Shown: piece by piece, positions 17,342 to 26,315 of the stretch
Layout: every line of letters begins with the position of its first letter
Position numbering within the stretch: position 1 is the first letter of the stretch
Source: an uncultured Bacteroides sp.
Lineage (GTDB): Bacteria; Bacteroidota; Bacteroidia; Bacteroidales; JACABE01
Assembly (NCBI GenBank): GCA_964646395.1
Contig: CAZYEM010000004.1
Span: 1-42,434 of the forward strand
DNA: 42,434 nucleotides
Reading direction: 5' to 3'
Program-made: the position numbers and the translations under genes
The notes under the pieces: generated by a model
Told to the model about the DNA's origin: nothing
The model's database searches: none
What the model saw: only the letters and a program-made list of their open reading frames with translations

Positions 17342-19285
17342 ATGAAAAAGATAGTTGTTTATTTTTGTATTACCCTTTTTTCTGTTTCAATAGGATTAGC
17401 TCAGGAAGTTTTATTACCATTGAGTGGAAATCCATTACTGAACAAGAAAAAGACAGCCCGGCATCAATTAAAATCGACCGTAGAAGCTGTAAAACTTCCA
17501 TTTATTGATGATTTTTCAAATTATTCATTATATCCGGATAGTAATTTGTGGGCAGATAATTATGTATTTGTAAATACGCAATTTGCAATAAATCCACCTA
17601 CAATTGGTGTAGCAACATTTGATGCTCTCAATCAGAATGGAATCATTTATCCTTCAGCATTGATAAGTCAGTTTTCTTCAGATACATTAACATCTCAGCC
17701 TATCAGATTAGACAGTGTCTTTACGCCAGCACTTAAAGCAATTAAATTATCAGACTCGCTATATTTCAGCTTCTATTTTCAACCTGCAGGCGGCAGGGGA
17801 GCTGCTTGGGAACGATTAGGAGATGCTCCTGAAGCAGAAGATTCATTAGTACTTGAGTTTTATTGTCCTGTTTGTCAGGCCGATACTCAATGGAATCGGA
17901 TATGGAGTACCAAAGGAATGCCCTTAGATACTATTTTTAAGGCTGATAGCAATTATTTTAAGTATGTAATTATACCTATTAACGATACAGCAAAATATTA
18001 TAAAAATGGATTCCGTTTTCGTTTTAGAAACTACAGCAGTCTTGGCAATAATATTATTCCAAGTTGGGCAGGAAATTGCGATCAATGGAACATAGATTAT
18101 GTATATCTGGGAATTAGCCGTACCATAAATGATACTGTTCGTAAAGATCTTACTTTTATAGAAAGAGCACCATCTTTTCTGAAAAACTATCAATCAATGC
18201 CAGCCAGCCAGTTTGTTGCAAGCGAAATTAACGATACAATAAGCAACAAAATAAGCAATCTGGATGGGATAGCACATGCATCGAGTTATAAATATGAAAT
18301 ACGCAATCAGCTTGGAAATGTTGTTGCAAATTACGATGGAGGTTTTTTTAATATTGATTCATATTGGACAAATGGTTATCAACAATATAACTTTCATGCC
18401 CGCCCTCCGGTAGTCTATAATTTTCCATTAGCTGTTGGAACAAAATCATGGTATGAAATCAGACATTTGTTTAAAGAAGGAATCAGTCAGGATTTTCGAC
18501 CACAAAATGATACAAATATCTTCATTCAGAAATTTGACGATTATTATGCTTATGATGATGGAACTGCAGAAAATGGTTACGGATTAACACCTGCCGGCTC
18601 AAAGTTAGCTTACCAGTTCAATTTGAATAAAACCGATACGTTGGTAGCTGTTGAAATTTACTTTAATTCTACATTAAACAACAGTAATTTAAAATATTTC
18701 AATTTATGTGTATGGAACGATAATGGGAGCGGAAAACCAGGAGATACCATCTATAGAAGTAACCCAATTTTACCAATAGAAAATACTGAAAATAATAAAT
18801 TCCAAAAATATATACTCAATAGAAATCTGATTGTTAATGGCAAAATATACGTTGGAATGATACAAACTACCGATGATAATTTAAATATTGGATTTGATAG
18901 AAATACTTCTTCAGAAAGTCATATATTCTATAACTCAAGTGGAAACTGGAATCAATCCTTTTTAAAAGGTTCACTAATGATACGTCCTGTTTTTGGGGTT
19001 GAATATTTAGGAATAAATGAAATGCAAAAGGGAAATTTCACTTTTGAAATATTTCCAAATCCTCTTAAAAATGATAATTTGCAGATTAAGCTTCAATCAA
19101 ATACAAACATACAGAATCAAGATTATTCTTTACAGATTTTTGATATTTTAGGAAACAAGGTTTATCAATCAGTTTTCGAGAATCAGATAATGTTGAGTAA
19201 CTTTTCAAATGGTGTTTACTTTATTAAAGTATCCAATGTTTCTGATGGAATTCAACAAACAAAAAAACTTATAATTACCAGATAA
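17342..19285 (+). CDS. secreted protein with a T9SS type A C-terminal sorting domain
   Basis: signal peptide, LPFIDDFS, C-terminal IFPNP...IFDILG..V...GVYFIKV...KKLII. Confidence 0.87.
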   Translation: MKKIVVYFCITLFSVSIGLAQEVLLPLSGNPLLNKKKTARHQLKSTVEAVKLPFIDDFSNYSLYPDSNLWADNYVFVNTQFAINPPTIGVATFDALNQNGIIYPSALISQFSSDTLTSQPIRLDSVFTPALKAIKLSDSLYFSFYFQPAGGRGAAWERLGDAPEAEDSLVLEFYCPVCQADTQWNRIWSTKGMPLDTIFKADSNYFKYVIIPINDTAKYYKNGFRFRFRNYSSLGNNIIPSWAGNCDQWNIDYVYLGISRTINDTVRKDLTFIERAPSFLKNYQSMPASQFVASEINDTISNKISNLDGIAHASSYKYEIRNQLGNVVANYDGGFFNIDSYWTNGYQQYNFHARPPVVYNFPLAVGTKSWYEIRHLFKEGISQDFRPQNDTNIFIQKFDDYYAYDDGTAENGYGLTPAGSKLAYQFNLNKTDTLVAVEIYFNSTLNNSNLKYFNLCVWNDNGSGKPGDTIYRSNPILPIENTENNKFQKYILNRNLIVNGKIYVGMIQTTDDNLNIGFDRNTSSESHIFYNSSGNWNQSFLKGSLMIRPVFGVEYLGINEMQKGNFTFEIFPNPLKNDNLQIKLQSNTNIQNQDYSLQIFDILGNKVYQSVFENQIMLSNFSNGVYFIKVSNVSDGIQQTKKLIITR

Positions 19286-19294
19286 ATAAATTTC

Positions 19295-20365
19295 ATGACA
19301 GAGGAAAACCAACAAAGTGTTGAAGACGATAACAACCTGATTATTGAAGAAGAAGAACAGGATTTATATGAACATTACCGCTTTGTAGTTGACAAAGGAC
19401 AAGGATTGTTAAGAATTGACAAATATCTTGTAATTCGTATTGAAAATGCCACCAGAAATAAGATTCAGAATGCAGCACATGCAGGTAATATTCTGGTGAA
19501 TGATAAACCTATTAAACCTAACTATAGAATAAAGCCCCTTGATGTTATCAGTATTGTGCTGGCATATCCACCAAGAGAAACGGAAATTTTACCCGAAGAT
19601 ATTCCCCTCAATATTGTGTATGAAGACAACGATTTATTACTTGTAAACAAAACACCAGAAATGGTTGTACATCCTGGTTATGGTAATTTTACCGGCACAT
19701 TGGTTAATGCTTTAAGTTTTCATTTAATGAAAAATGGAAAAGAATTATCTGAAAATAACAAGCCATATCTGGTTCACAGAATCGATAAAAACACATCGGG
19801 GATTTTATTGGTTTCTAAAAACGAAATGACACAAATTCATTTGGCACGACAATTTTTCAATCACAGCATTCAACGCAAATACCATGCATTGGTATGGGGT
19901 GATTTTAAGGAAGATAGCGGTACTATTGAGGGTAATATTGGCCGACATCCACGCGACAGAAAGGTAATGACTGTATTCCCTGACGGAAGTGCCGGAAAAA
20001 CGGCCATAACGCATTATAAAGTTATTGAAAGATTTGGTTATATTACCTTAATAGAATGTGAACTCGAAACCGGAAGAACACATCAGATCAGAGCACATTT
20101 AAAATTTATCGGACATCCCGTTTTTAATGATGAAACCTATGGTGGAAATCATATACTTAAAGGAACAACCTATACCAAATACAAGCAGTTTATTGAGAAT
20201 TGTTTTAAAATTATTCCTAGGCATGCTTTACATGCTAAATCATTAGGTTTTATTCATCCAACTACAGGGGAAGATTTCTTTTTCGATTCAGCATTACCGG
20301 AAGATATGACGCAAGTAATTGAGAAATGGAGAAAATATTCAAGTTTTAACCAATTGGAAGAATAA
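19295..20365 (+). CDS. rluD: RluA-family pseudouridine synthase (RluD-like, with S4 domain)
   Basis: RIDKYL S4 domain, VHRIDKNTSG catalytic Asp, LETGRTHQIRAH. Confidence 0.9.
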   Translation: MTEENQQSVEDDNNLIIEEEEQDLYEHYRFVVDKGQGLLRIDKYLVIRIENATRNKIQNAAHAGNILVNDKPIKPNYRIKPLDVISIVLAYPPRETEILPEDIPLNIVYEDNDLLLVNKTPEMVVHPGYGNFTGTLVNALSFHLMKNGKELSENNKPYLVHRIDKNTSGILLVSKNEMTQIHLARQFFNHSIQRKYHALVWGDFKEDSGTIEGNIGRHPRDRKVMTVFPDGSAGKTAITHYKVIERFGYITLIECELETGRTHQIRAHLKFIGHPVFNDETYGGNHILKGTTYTKYKQFIENCFKIIPRHALHAKSLGFIHPTTGEDFFFDSALPEDMTQVIEKWRKYSSFNQLEE

Positions 20366-20402
20366 TTTAAAATTATAAATTTTAAAAAAGGAAATAAAAA
20401 GA

Positions 20403-20410
20403 TATATTTG
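20403..20410 (+). promoter_or_regulatory. sigma-A -7 box for the response regulator
   Basis: TATATTTG; the ORF-track TTG start at 20408 falls inside it, favouring ATG 20450. Confidence 0.55.
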
Positions 20411-20449
20411 CAGAATAAAATCTATTACGCAATTTTAATATATAGAAAT

Positions 20450-21091
20450 ATGAAAATAAAAATTTTATTAGCTGAAGATCATAAAATTCTGAGAGCAGGA
20501 ATAAAAAATCTGCTTCAAAATGAAAAAGAAATAACATTAATTGGTGAAGCCGACAATGGTATTGATGCTTTAAAAATGGCAATGGAACTTAAACCTGATA
20601 TAGTTTTAATGGATATTGGTATGCCTGGTTTAAATGGTATTGAGGTTACCAAACATATTTATGAAAATACAGATACAATAAAAGTTATTGCTCTTTCTAT
20701 GCATACTGAACGGGAATTTGTTATTGGTATGTTTAAAGCTGGTGCAACCGGATACTTGCTAAAAGACTGCTCATACGATGAACTTATTGAAGCAATAAAC
20801 TCAGTATATGAAAACAAAAACTACATAAGTCGCGAAATATCAGATATTTTTATTCAGGAATTATTGTCTGAGTTTTCTTATGAAGATTTAAATCAGGCGA
20901 TACAACTTACAAAAAAAGAAAAAGAATTATTAGGACAGATTGCTTCGGGTTTAACAAAAGAAGAAATTGTAAAAAAACACAAAATAAGTTTAAATCTATA
21001 TGATACATCTCTTAAACAAATTATGGTAAAACTTAATATTTATTCAAATTCGGAACTTATTACTTATGCAAATAACAATGGTTTGAACTAA
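20450..21091 (+). CDS. NarL/FixJ-family response regulator with a degenerate LuxR HTH
   Basis: AEDH, LMDIGMPGLNG, ALSMH, GYLLK receiver motifs; HTH region lacks the NxEIA and TVxxH residues. Confidence 0.88.
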   Translation: MKIKILLAEDHKILRAGIKNLLQNEKEITLIGEADNGIDALKMAMELKPDIVLMDIGMPGLNGIEVTKHIYENTDTIKVIALSMHTEREFVIGMFKAGATGYLLKDCSYDELIEAINSVYENKNYISREISDIFIQELLSEFSYEDLNQAIQLTKKEKELLGQIASGLTKEEIVKKHKISLNLYDTSLKQIMVKLNIYSNSELITYANNNGLN

Positions 21092-21140
21092 TATACAATT
21101 AGTTGCTAGTTATTAGTATTAGCTTTGCTTTAATTTTTAC

Positions 21141-21179
21141 AAAAACCTTCATTTTTTTTTCAAAATGAAGGTTTTTTTT
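21141..21179 (+). terminator. intrinsic terminator
   Basis: AAAAACCTTCATTTT / AAAATGAAGGTTTTT inverted repeat with a T tail. Confidence 0.8.
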
Positions 21180-21180
21180 A

Positions 21181-21188
21181 TACATTTG
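21181..21188 (+). promoter_or_regulatory. possible sigma-A -7 box for the kinase pair
   Basis: TACATTTG directly after the terminator. Confidence 0.4.
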
Positions 21189-21342
21189 ATAAAATATAAT
21201 AAGTATTAAATAAAAAATATTTAGTAAAATTTATTTACTTTAATAAATTGATTCTATAATCATTATTTAAAATAATAATTTGATTAACTTGATATAATTT
21301 AAATATTTAGCATATTTTATTTAAGAATATTAACTATTAAAA

Positions 21343-23376
21343 ATGATTAAACACACAAATTTTTACACATTATTCCTGGTTATAATACTGGTATTGTGCG
21401 ACATAAAGTGTGTAGCTTCAATGGATAGTCTTAAAATATTAATTTTAAAAAAAAGCAATACCGATAAATTGCAATTATTTTCTAAAATATCAAAGGAATA
21501 TATTGGTTTATCACCTGATTCTGTTATTAAGTATGCAACAAAAGGAATTGAATATGGGGAAAAAATCAGCAATAATAAGTTTTTACCTGATTTTTTTCAG
21601 ATGATTGGTTATGCAAATTATTATAAAAGAAATTATAATCTTGCAATTAACTATTTCAATAAAGCATTAACTATTTATGAAAATAGAAAAAACAAAGACA
21701 AAATAGCAAATTTAAATGCATATTTAGGAATAATTTATCAGGATACATATAACTATGACAAATCGCTTCAATACTTTTACAAATCAATAAAACTTTATAA
21801 AAGCCTTAATGACAGTGCAAATATTTCCGGAATATGTAATAATATCGGATTACTTTTTTTCAGGGTTAATAAATACGAAAAAGCACTTTATTACTTTAAC
21901 ACATCACTTGAAACGGCTTTAAAAAAAAACTTGCATAAAAGTGCTGCATTTACCTACAATAATCTATCATTGATTTATAAAAAAATGAATCAATTCCAAA
22001 AAGCACTTTTTTATCTGACAAAGTCTGAAGAAATATTAATTAAGTTAAGCGATAGTTCAAGCTTAATTACAACTTATGAGAATATTGGAGAAACTTTTTT
22101 AAAATTAAAAAGATATAAAGATGCAGAAACATATTTTCTAAAATCACTAAAACTTTCTATCAGGCTAAATATTCCTATTTCTCAGGCAAGTATATATTTC
22201 AATATTGCAAGAATAAATTTAGAAAAAAAGAATTTTCAAAAAGCAAAAGATTTTTTATTATTATCTTTAAATTTATTGGATAAAAATAGAGATTGGGGAC
22301 TAGAAAAAAATGTATATAATTTATTTTCTGATTATTACAAAACAATTAATGAATATGAGCATGCACTAATCTACTATAAAAAATACAAACAATTAAATGA
22401 CAGTATATTCAATAAAGAAAGCATTGAAAACATTGAGAAACTCAAAATTCAATTTGAAACCGGTGAAATTGAAACGGAAAACGAGTTGTTAAGGCAAAAT
22501 GATATAATTCAGGATATTACAATAAAAAAACAAAATTATACCCGAAATATTTATATTATTTCTATACTGATTATTTCAGTATTTATTCTCCTTATAATAT
22601 ATCGGTTTAAGAAAAAGAAAAAAGCAAATATCCTTTTACAAGAAAAGAATAATTTTATCATTTATCAAAGAGAAAAATTGGAGGAAGTGAATATTACTAA
22701 AGACAAATTTCTTTCCATTATAGCACATGATCTGAAAAACCCATTTTTTGATTTTAAGCAATATGCTGATATTTTGAAAAATACAGAATTAAATGATATC
22801 CAATCCAAAAATGAAATTATTTCAGATTTAAAAACTATATCAGAAAACACTGGTATTCTTCTTGAAAATCTTCTTAATTGGGCTGAAACACAACGAAATG
22901 CTATTTATATAAACAAAACTGAACTGAATTTAAAAGATTTTATTTTAGAAAGTATAAGACCATATATAATAAGTGCCAATAAAAAGAATATTAAAATTGA
23001 AATCGATATTAATCAAAACATTCGGATTTTTGCCGACAAATACACATTAAGTACCGTATTGGGAAATTTATTTTACAATGCAGTAAAATTTACTCACAAA
23101 AATGGAGTAATAAAAATATATGTTGCTATAAGCGATACGAAATCAACAATATATATAAAAGATAATGGTATTGGAATTTCACCTGAGAATCTGGAAAATT
23201 TGTTTAAATTAAACATAAATAAATCGGATACTGGAACCAGTAACGAAAAAGGAAACGGCTTGGGATTAATTATTTGCAAAGAATTTATTGAAAAAAACGG
23301 AGGAAAAATAGTTGCAGAAAGTGAATTAAATAAAGGAAGTATATTTAAAATTGAAATTAACAATCCAACTAATTGA
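21343..23376 (+). CDS. TPR-sensor histidine kinase
   Basis: N-terminal signal/TM, TPR repeats, TM, H-box SIIAHDLKNPF, NAVKFT, DNGIGI, GNGLGL. Confidence 0.92.
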   Translation: MIKHTNFYTLFLVIILVLCDIKCVASMDSLKILILKKSNTDKLQLFSKISKEYIGLSPDSVIKYATKGIEYGEKISNNKFLPDFFQMIGYANYYKRNYNLAINYFNKALTIYENRKNKDKIANLNAYLGIIYQDTYNYDKSLQYFYKSIKLYKSLNDSANISGICNNIGLLFFRVNKYEKALYYFNTSLETALKKNLHKSAAFTYNNLSLIYKKMNQFQKALFYLTKSEEILIKLSDSSSLITTYENIGETFLKLKRYKDAETYFLKSLKLSIRLNIPISQASIYFNIARINLEKKNFQKAKDFLLLSLNLLDKNRDWGLEKNVYNLFSDYYKTINEYEHALIYYKKYKQLNDSIFNKESIENIEKLKIQFETGEIETENELLRQNDIIQDITIKKQNYTRNIYIISILIISVFILLIIYRFKKKKKANILLQEKNNFIIYQREKLEEVNITKDKFLSIIAHDLKNPFFDFKQYADILKNTELNDIQSKNEIISDLKTISENTGILLENLLNWAETQRNAIYINKTELNLKDFILESIRPYIISANKKNIKIEIDINQNIRIFADKYTLSTVLGNLFYNAVKFTHKNGVIKIYVAISDTKSTIYIKDNGIGISPENLENLFKLNINKSDTGTSNEKGNGLGLIICKEFIEKNGGKIVAESELNKGSIFKIEINNPTN

Positions 23377-23380
23377 AAAT

Positions 23381-25405
23381 ATGCATAATCTATTTAAAAA
23401 AATATCATATTATACATTTATCTTTCTGTTATTAATATATGCAACTACATGTTATTGTAGTGATAACAATCAGTATAAACTTGAATTGCTATATACTAAT
23501 TGTAAGGTTGAATATAAAAACAACACAGATTCAAGTATAAAATTATCTGAACTTGGTCTTAAGCTGGCATTACAATTAAAAGAAACCGATTATCAGATAA
23601 AATTTTTGAAAAGCTTGATTGATAATTACAATACGCTATACAATAATAAGTTATATGAATATTATACTTTGCAACTTATTGAAATTTTACAAAAAGAAAA
23701 AAAATACAAAGAATTGTCTTCTGTATATCTCAATTTTAGTGCATTTTATGGTAAAAATAGCAATTACAATCAGTCGTTTATCTATACTAACAAATTAATT
23801 GAATTGGCAAATAAGACAGCAGATTCATTAATGCTTGCAAAATCATATAGCAACTTGGGAACAATTTTATTGGCCTTAAAAGATAATAAGAATGCACTAT
23901 TATATTTAAATAAAGGACTACATTTACTCAAGAATATTGAAGGAAATAATAGCTTGAAAGTTTCTATAAATAATAATATTGCAATTATTTATGGAAATGA
24001 AGAGTTATTTGATAAATCTCTTGAACATCAACTTACCTCTCTGAAGTTACTTGAAAACACAAAAAATTTCAGACAACTTGGTCTTACTCAGCTTAATATT
24101 GGGTTTACTTTTTCATCTCTTAAACAATATCAAAAGTCTTTAATTTATTTGAATAATGCACTCACTAATGCCTTGCAATCAGATGATAAGTTTTTAATTG
24201 CCAGTATTTATAAAAACCTCGGGTATTGCTATCTTACCCTCAAACGATACGATAATGCTTTCATTTATATTAAGAAAGCAGAATCGTTAGCTGCTAAAAC
24301 AAGCAATATTATTACGTTATCAGATTCTTATGAAATTTTATCTGATTATTATTTTATAAATAAAGAGTTTAAACTTGCATACATTTATTATGAAAAATAC
24401 CAAAAGCTAAGCGATAGTTTATTTAAAAGTAAGAACAATAAAAATGTATCTGAACTAAAAATTATTTTTGAAACCAACGAAAAAGAAAAAGAGAATCAAT
24501 TACTTAAACAAAGAGAAGTAATTAAACAATTGCATATTCAGAATCAAAAGAATTTAACAAATCTATTTAGATTAATCTCATTATTTAGCATCGCTATTGT
24601 TATTTTCGCTTTATATCGTTTCATTCTTAAAAAGAAAGATAATAAAAAATTAAACGAGAAAAACGAATTAATTACAATACAAAATCAAAAGCTTGAAGAT
24701 TTAAATAATACCAAGGATAAATTCTTTTCAATTATAGCAAAAGATATAAAAGAACCATTTTTTGAAATTAAAAAAAGCATCGAAGAAATATCTGAACTAT
24801 CAGATATTCAGAATAATGAATATCTTTACAAAATTTCAGACCGGATAAAAGAAAACTCAATTAATGCAGGTAAACTACTTGAAAACCTACTTATCTGGGC
24901 AAAGGTACAAAGAGGAATTATTGTAATAAATAAAGAAAAAATACATTTAAAAACCTGTGTTTTAAATAGTATAAAAATGTTCATTGAAATAGCTGAACGA
25001 AAAAAGCAAAAAGTTAATATAAATATCCCTGAAGAACAATTTATTTATGCTGATAAATACACAATTGAATTTGTAATTGGCAGTATATTTAATAATTCTG
25101 TAAAATTTACGCCAACCGGTGGAATAATTGAAATTTCTACAACTATCAACAATCAGTTTTTAGAAATTTCTATTAAAGATAATGGAGTTGGTATAAGCAA
25201 AGAAAGACTGGAAAAATTGTTCAATATTGGAGAAAATAACACTACTTTAAGCACTGAAAATATGAAAGGAAGCGGTTTAGGACTCCATATTTGCAATGAG
25301 TTTATCAAAATAAACAATGGTAAAATTTTAATTGAAAGTACTCAAAAAACGGGGACAACAGTAACTATATATTTACCATTATCTGTTTCAAATACTACTA
25401 TTTAG
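23381..25405 (+). CDS. TPR-sensor histidine-kinase paralog lacking the phosphoacceptor His (pseudokinase)
   Basis: same architecture; H-box reads SIIAKDIKEPF; NSVKFT, DNGVGI, GSGLGL intact; ATG 23381 follows the upstream stop by 4 nt. Confidence 0.88.
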   Translation: MHNLFKKISYYTFIFLLLIYATTCYCSDNNQYKLELLYTNCKVEYKNNTDSSIKLSELGLKLALQLKETDYQIKFLKSLIDNYNTLYNNKLYEYYTLQLIEILQKEKKYKELSSVYLNFSAFYGKNSNYNQSFIYTNKLIELANKTADSLMLAKSYSNLGTILLALKDNKNALLYLNKGLHLLKNIEGNNSLKVSINNNIAIIYGNEELFDKSLEHQLTSLKLLENTKNFRQLGLTQLNIGFTFSSLKQYQKSLIYLNNALTNALQSDDKFLIASIYKNLGYCYLTLKRYDNAFIYIKKAESLAAKTSNIITLSDSYEILSDYYFINKEFKLAYIYYEKYQKLSDSLFKSKNNKNVSELKIIFETNEKEKENQLLKQREVIKQLHIQNQKNLTNLFRLISLFSIAIVIFALYRFILKKKDNKKLNEKNELITIQNQKLEDLNNTKDKFFSIIAKDIKEPFFEIKKSIEEISELSDIQNNEYLYKISDRIKENSINAGKLLENLLIWAKVQRGIIVINKEKIHLKTCVLNSIKMFIEIAERKKQKVNINIPEEQFIYADKYTIEFVIGSIFNNSVKFTPTGGIIEISTTINNQFLEISIKDNGVGISKERLEKLFNIGENNTTLSTENMKGSGLGLHICNEFIKINNGKILIESTQKTGTTVTIYLPLSVSNTTI

Positions 25406-25562
25406 ATTTTATAAAATCAGTAAGCAATCTGAAAATTCCATATTCAATATCTACAGAAAATAATTGCGGTTATAAAATACAGTTAGTTCTGAATTTATAA
25501 TCTTTAGTAATTAGGAAAAGGGCAAATTGCAAGATTTGTTTTATAATAATGATTTAATTAGC

Positions 25563-25570
25563 TATTTTTG
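25563..25570 (+). promoter_or_regulatory. sigma-A -7 box for the second response regulator
   Basis: TATTTTTG 24 nt upstream of the ATG. Confidence 0.5.
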
Positions 25571-25594
25571 TAAAGTAAATTATAATCCTATTTT

Positions 25595-26254
25595 ATGGCA
25601 AATATTAAAATAATGCTTGTTGACGATCATCAGATTGTAAGAGATGGAATTAAAGCTTTGCTCGAAAGTCTGGATAATGTACAGGTGATTGGTGAAGCTG
25701 CCAATGTTCAGGAATTACTTGAGAAACTAGAAACTTCGCAACCGGATATTATTGTTACAGACATTTCAATGCCCGATATTTCGGGAATTGAGCTAACTAA
25801 AATCATAAACGAAAACCCCAACTATAGTGGAATTAAAGTATTGATACTTTCGATGTTTACCAACGAAGATTTTATTTTTAATGCCATTAAAGCAGGAGCA
25901 AAAGGATATTTACCAAAAAACACTACCCGTCGCGAATTATTTGATGCCGTTAATACCATTTATAATGGAGATGAATATTTTAGTGAATCCATTTCGAATA
26001 TCATCCTTAAAAGTTATATCAAAAAAGCACAAGGAGATGAACAGGCCGACAAAAAAGAGGCTTTAAGCGTGAGAGAAACGGAAATCCTTAAACATTTTGC
26101 ACAGGGAATGGCTAATCAGGAGATTGCCGATAAGCTTTTTATAAGTATCCGCACCGTAGAATCGCATAAGAATCATATTATGCAAAAGCTGGAATTGAAA
26201 TCGACAGTTGATTTGATTAAGTTTGCTATAAAAAACAAGATTGTGGAAATTTAA
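25595..26254 (+). CDS. NarL/FixJ-family response regulator (canonical)
   Basis: VDDH, TDISMP, GYLPK; LSVRE...GMANQEIADKLFISIRTVESHKNHIMQKL. Confidence 0.94.
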   Translation: MANIKIMLVDDHQIVRDGIKALLESLDNVQVIGEAANVQELLEKLETSQPDIIVTDISMPDISGIELTKIINENPNYSGIKVLILSMFTNEDFIFNAIKAGAKGYLPKNTTRRELFDAVNTIYNGDEYFSESISNIILKSYIKKAQGDEQADKKEALSVRETEILKHFAQGMANQEIADKLFISIRTVESHKNHIMQKLELKSTVDLIKFAIKNKIVEI

Positions 26255-26259
26255 ACCAT

Positions 26260-26295
26260 AAAAAAAACGCTCAGCTTACTAAACTGAGCGTTTTT
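26260..26295. terminator. bidirectional intrinsic terminator between the RR and pgi
   Basis: AAAAACGCTCAG-N9-CTGAGCGTTTTT between convergent genes. Confidence 0.88.
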
Positions 26296-26315
26296 CTTTA
26301 ATGCCTTTTACAAAA

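Noticed and set aside
20408-20449. TTG start of the response regulator given in the ORF track
   Set aside because: It lies inside the TATATTTG promoter box; ATG 20450 gives a normal receiver N-terminus. Similarly 23351 (TTG) and 33354 were replaced by ATGs at 23381 and 33372.
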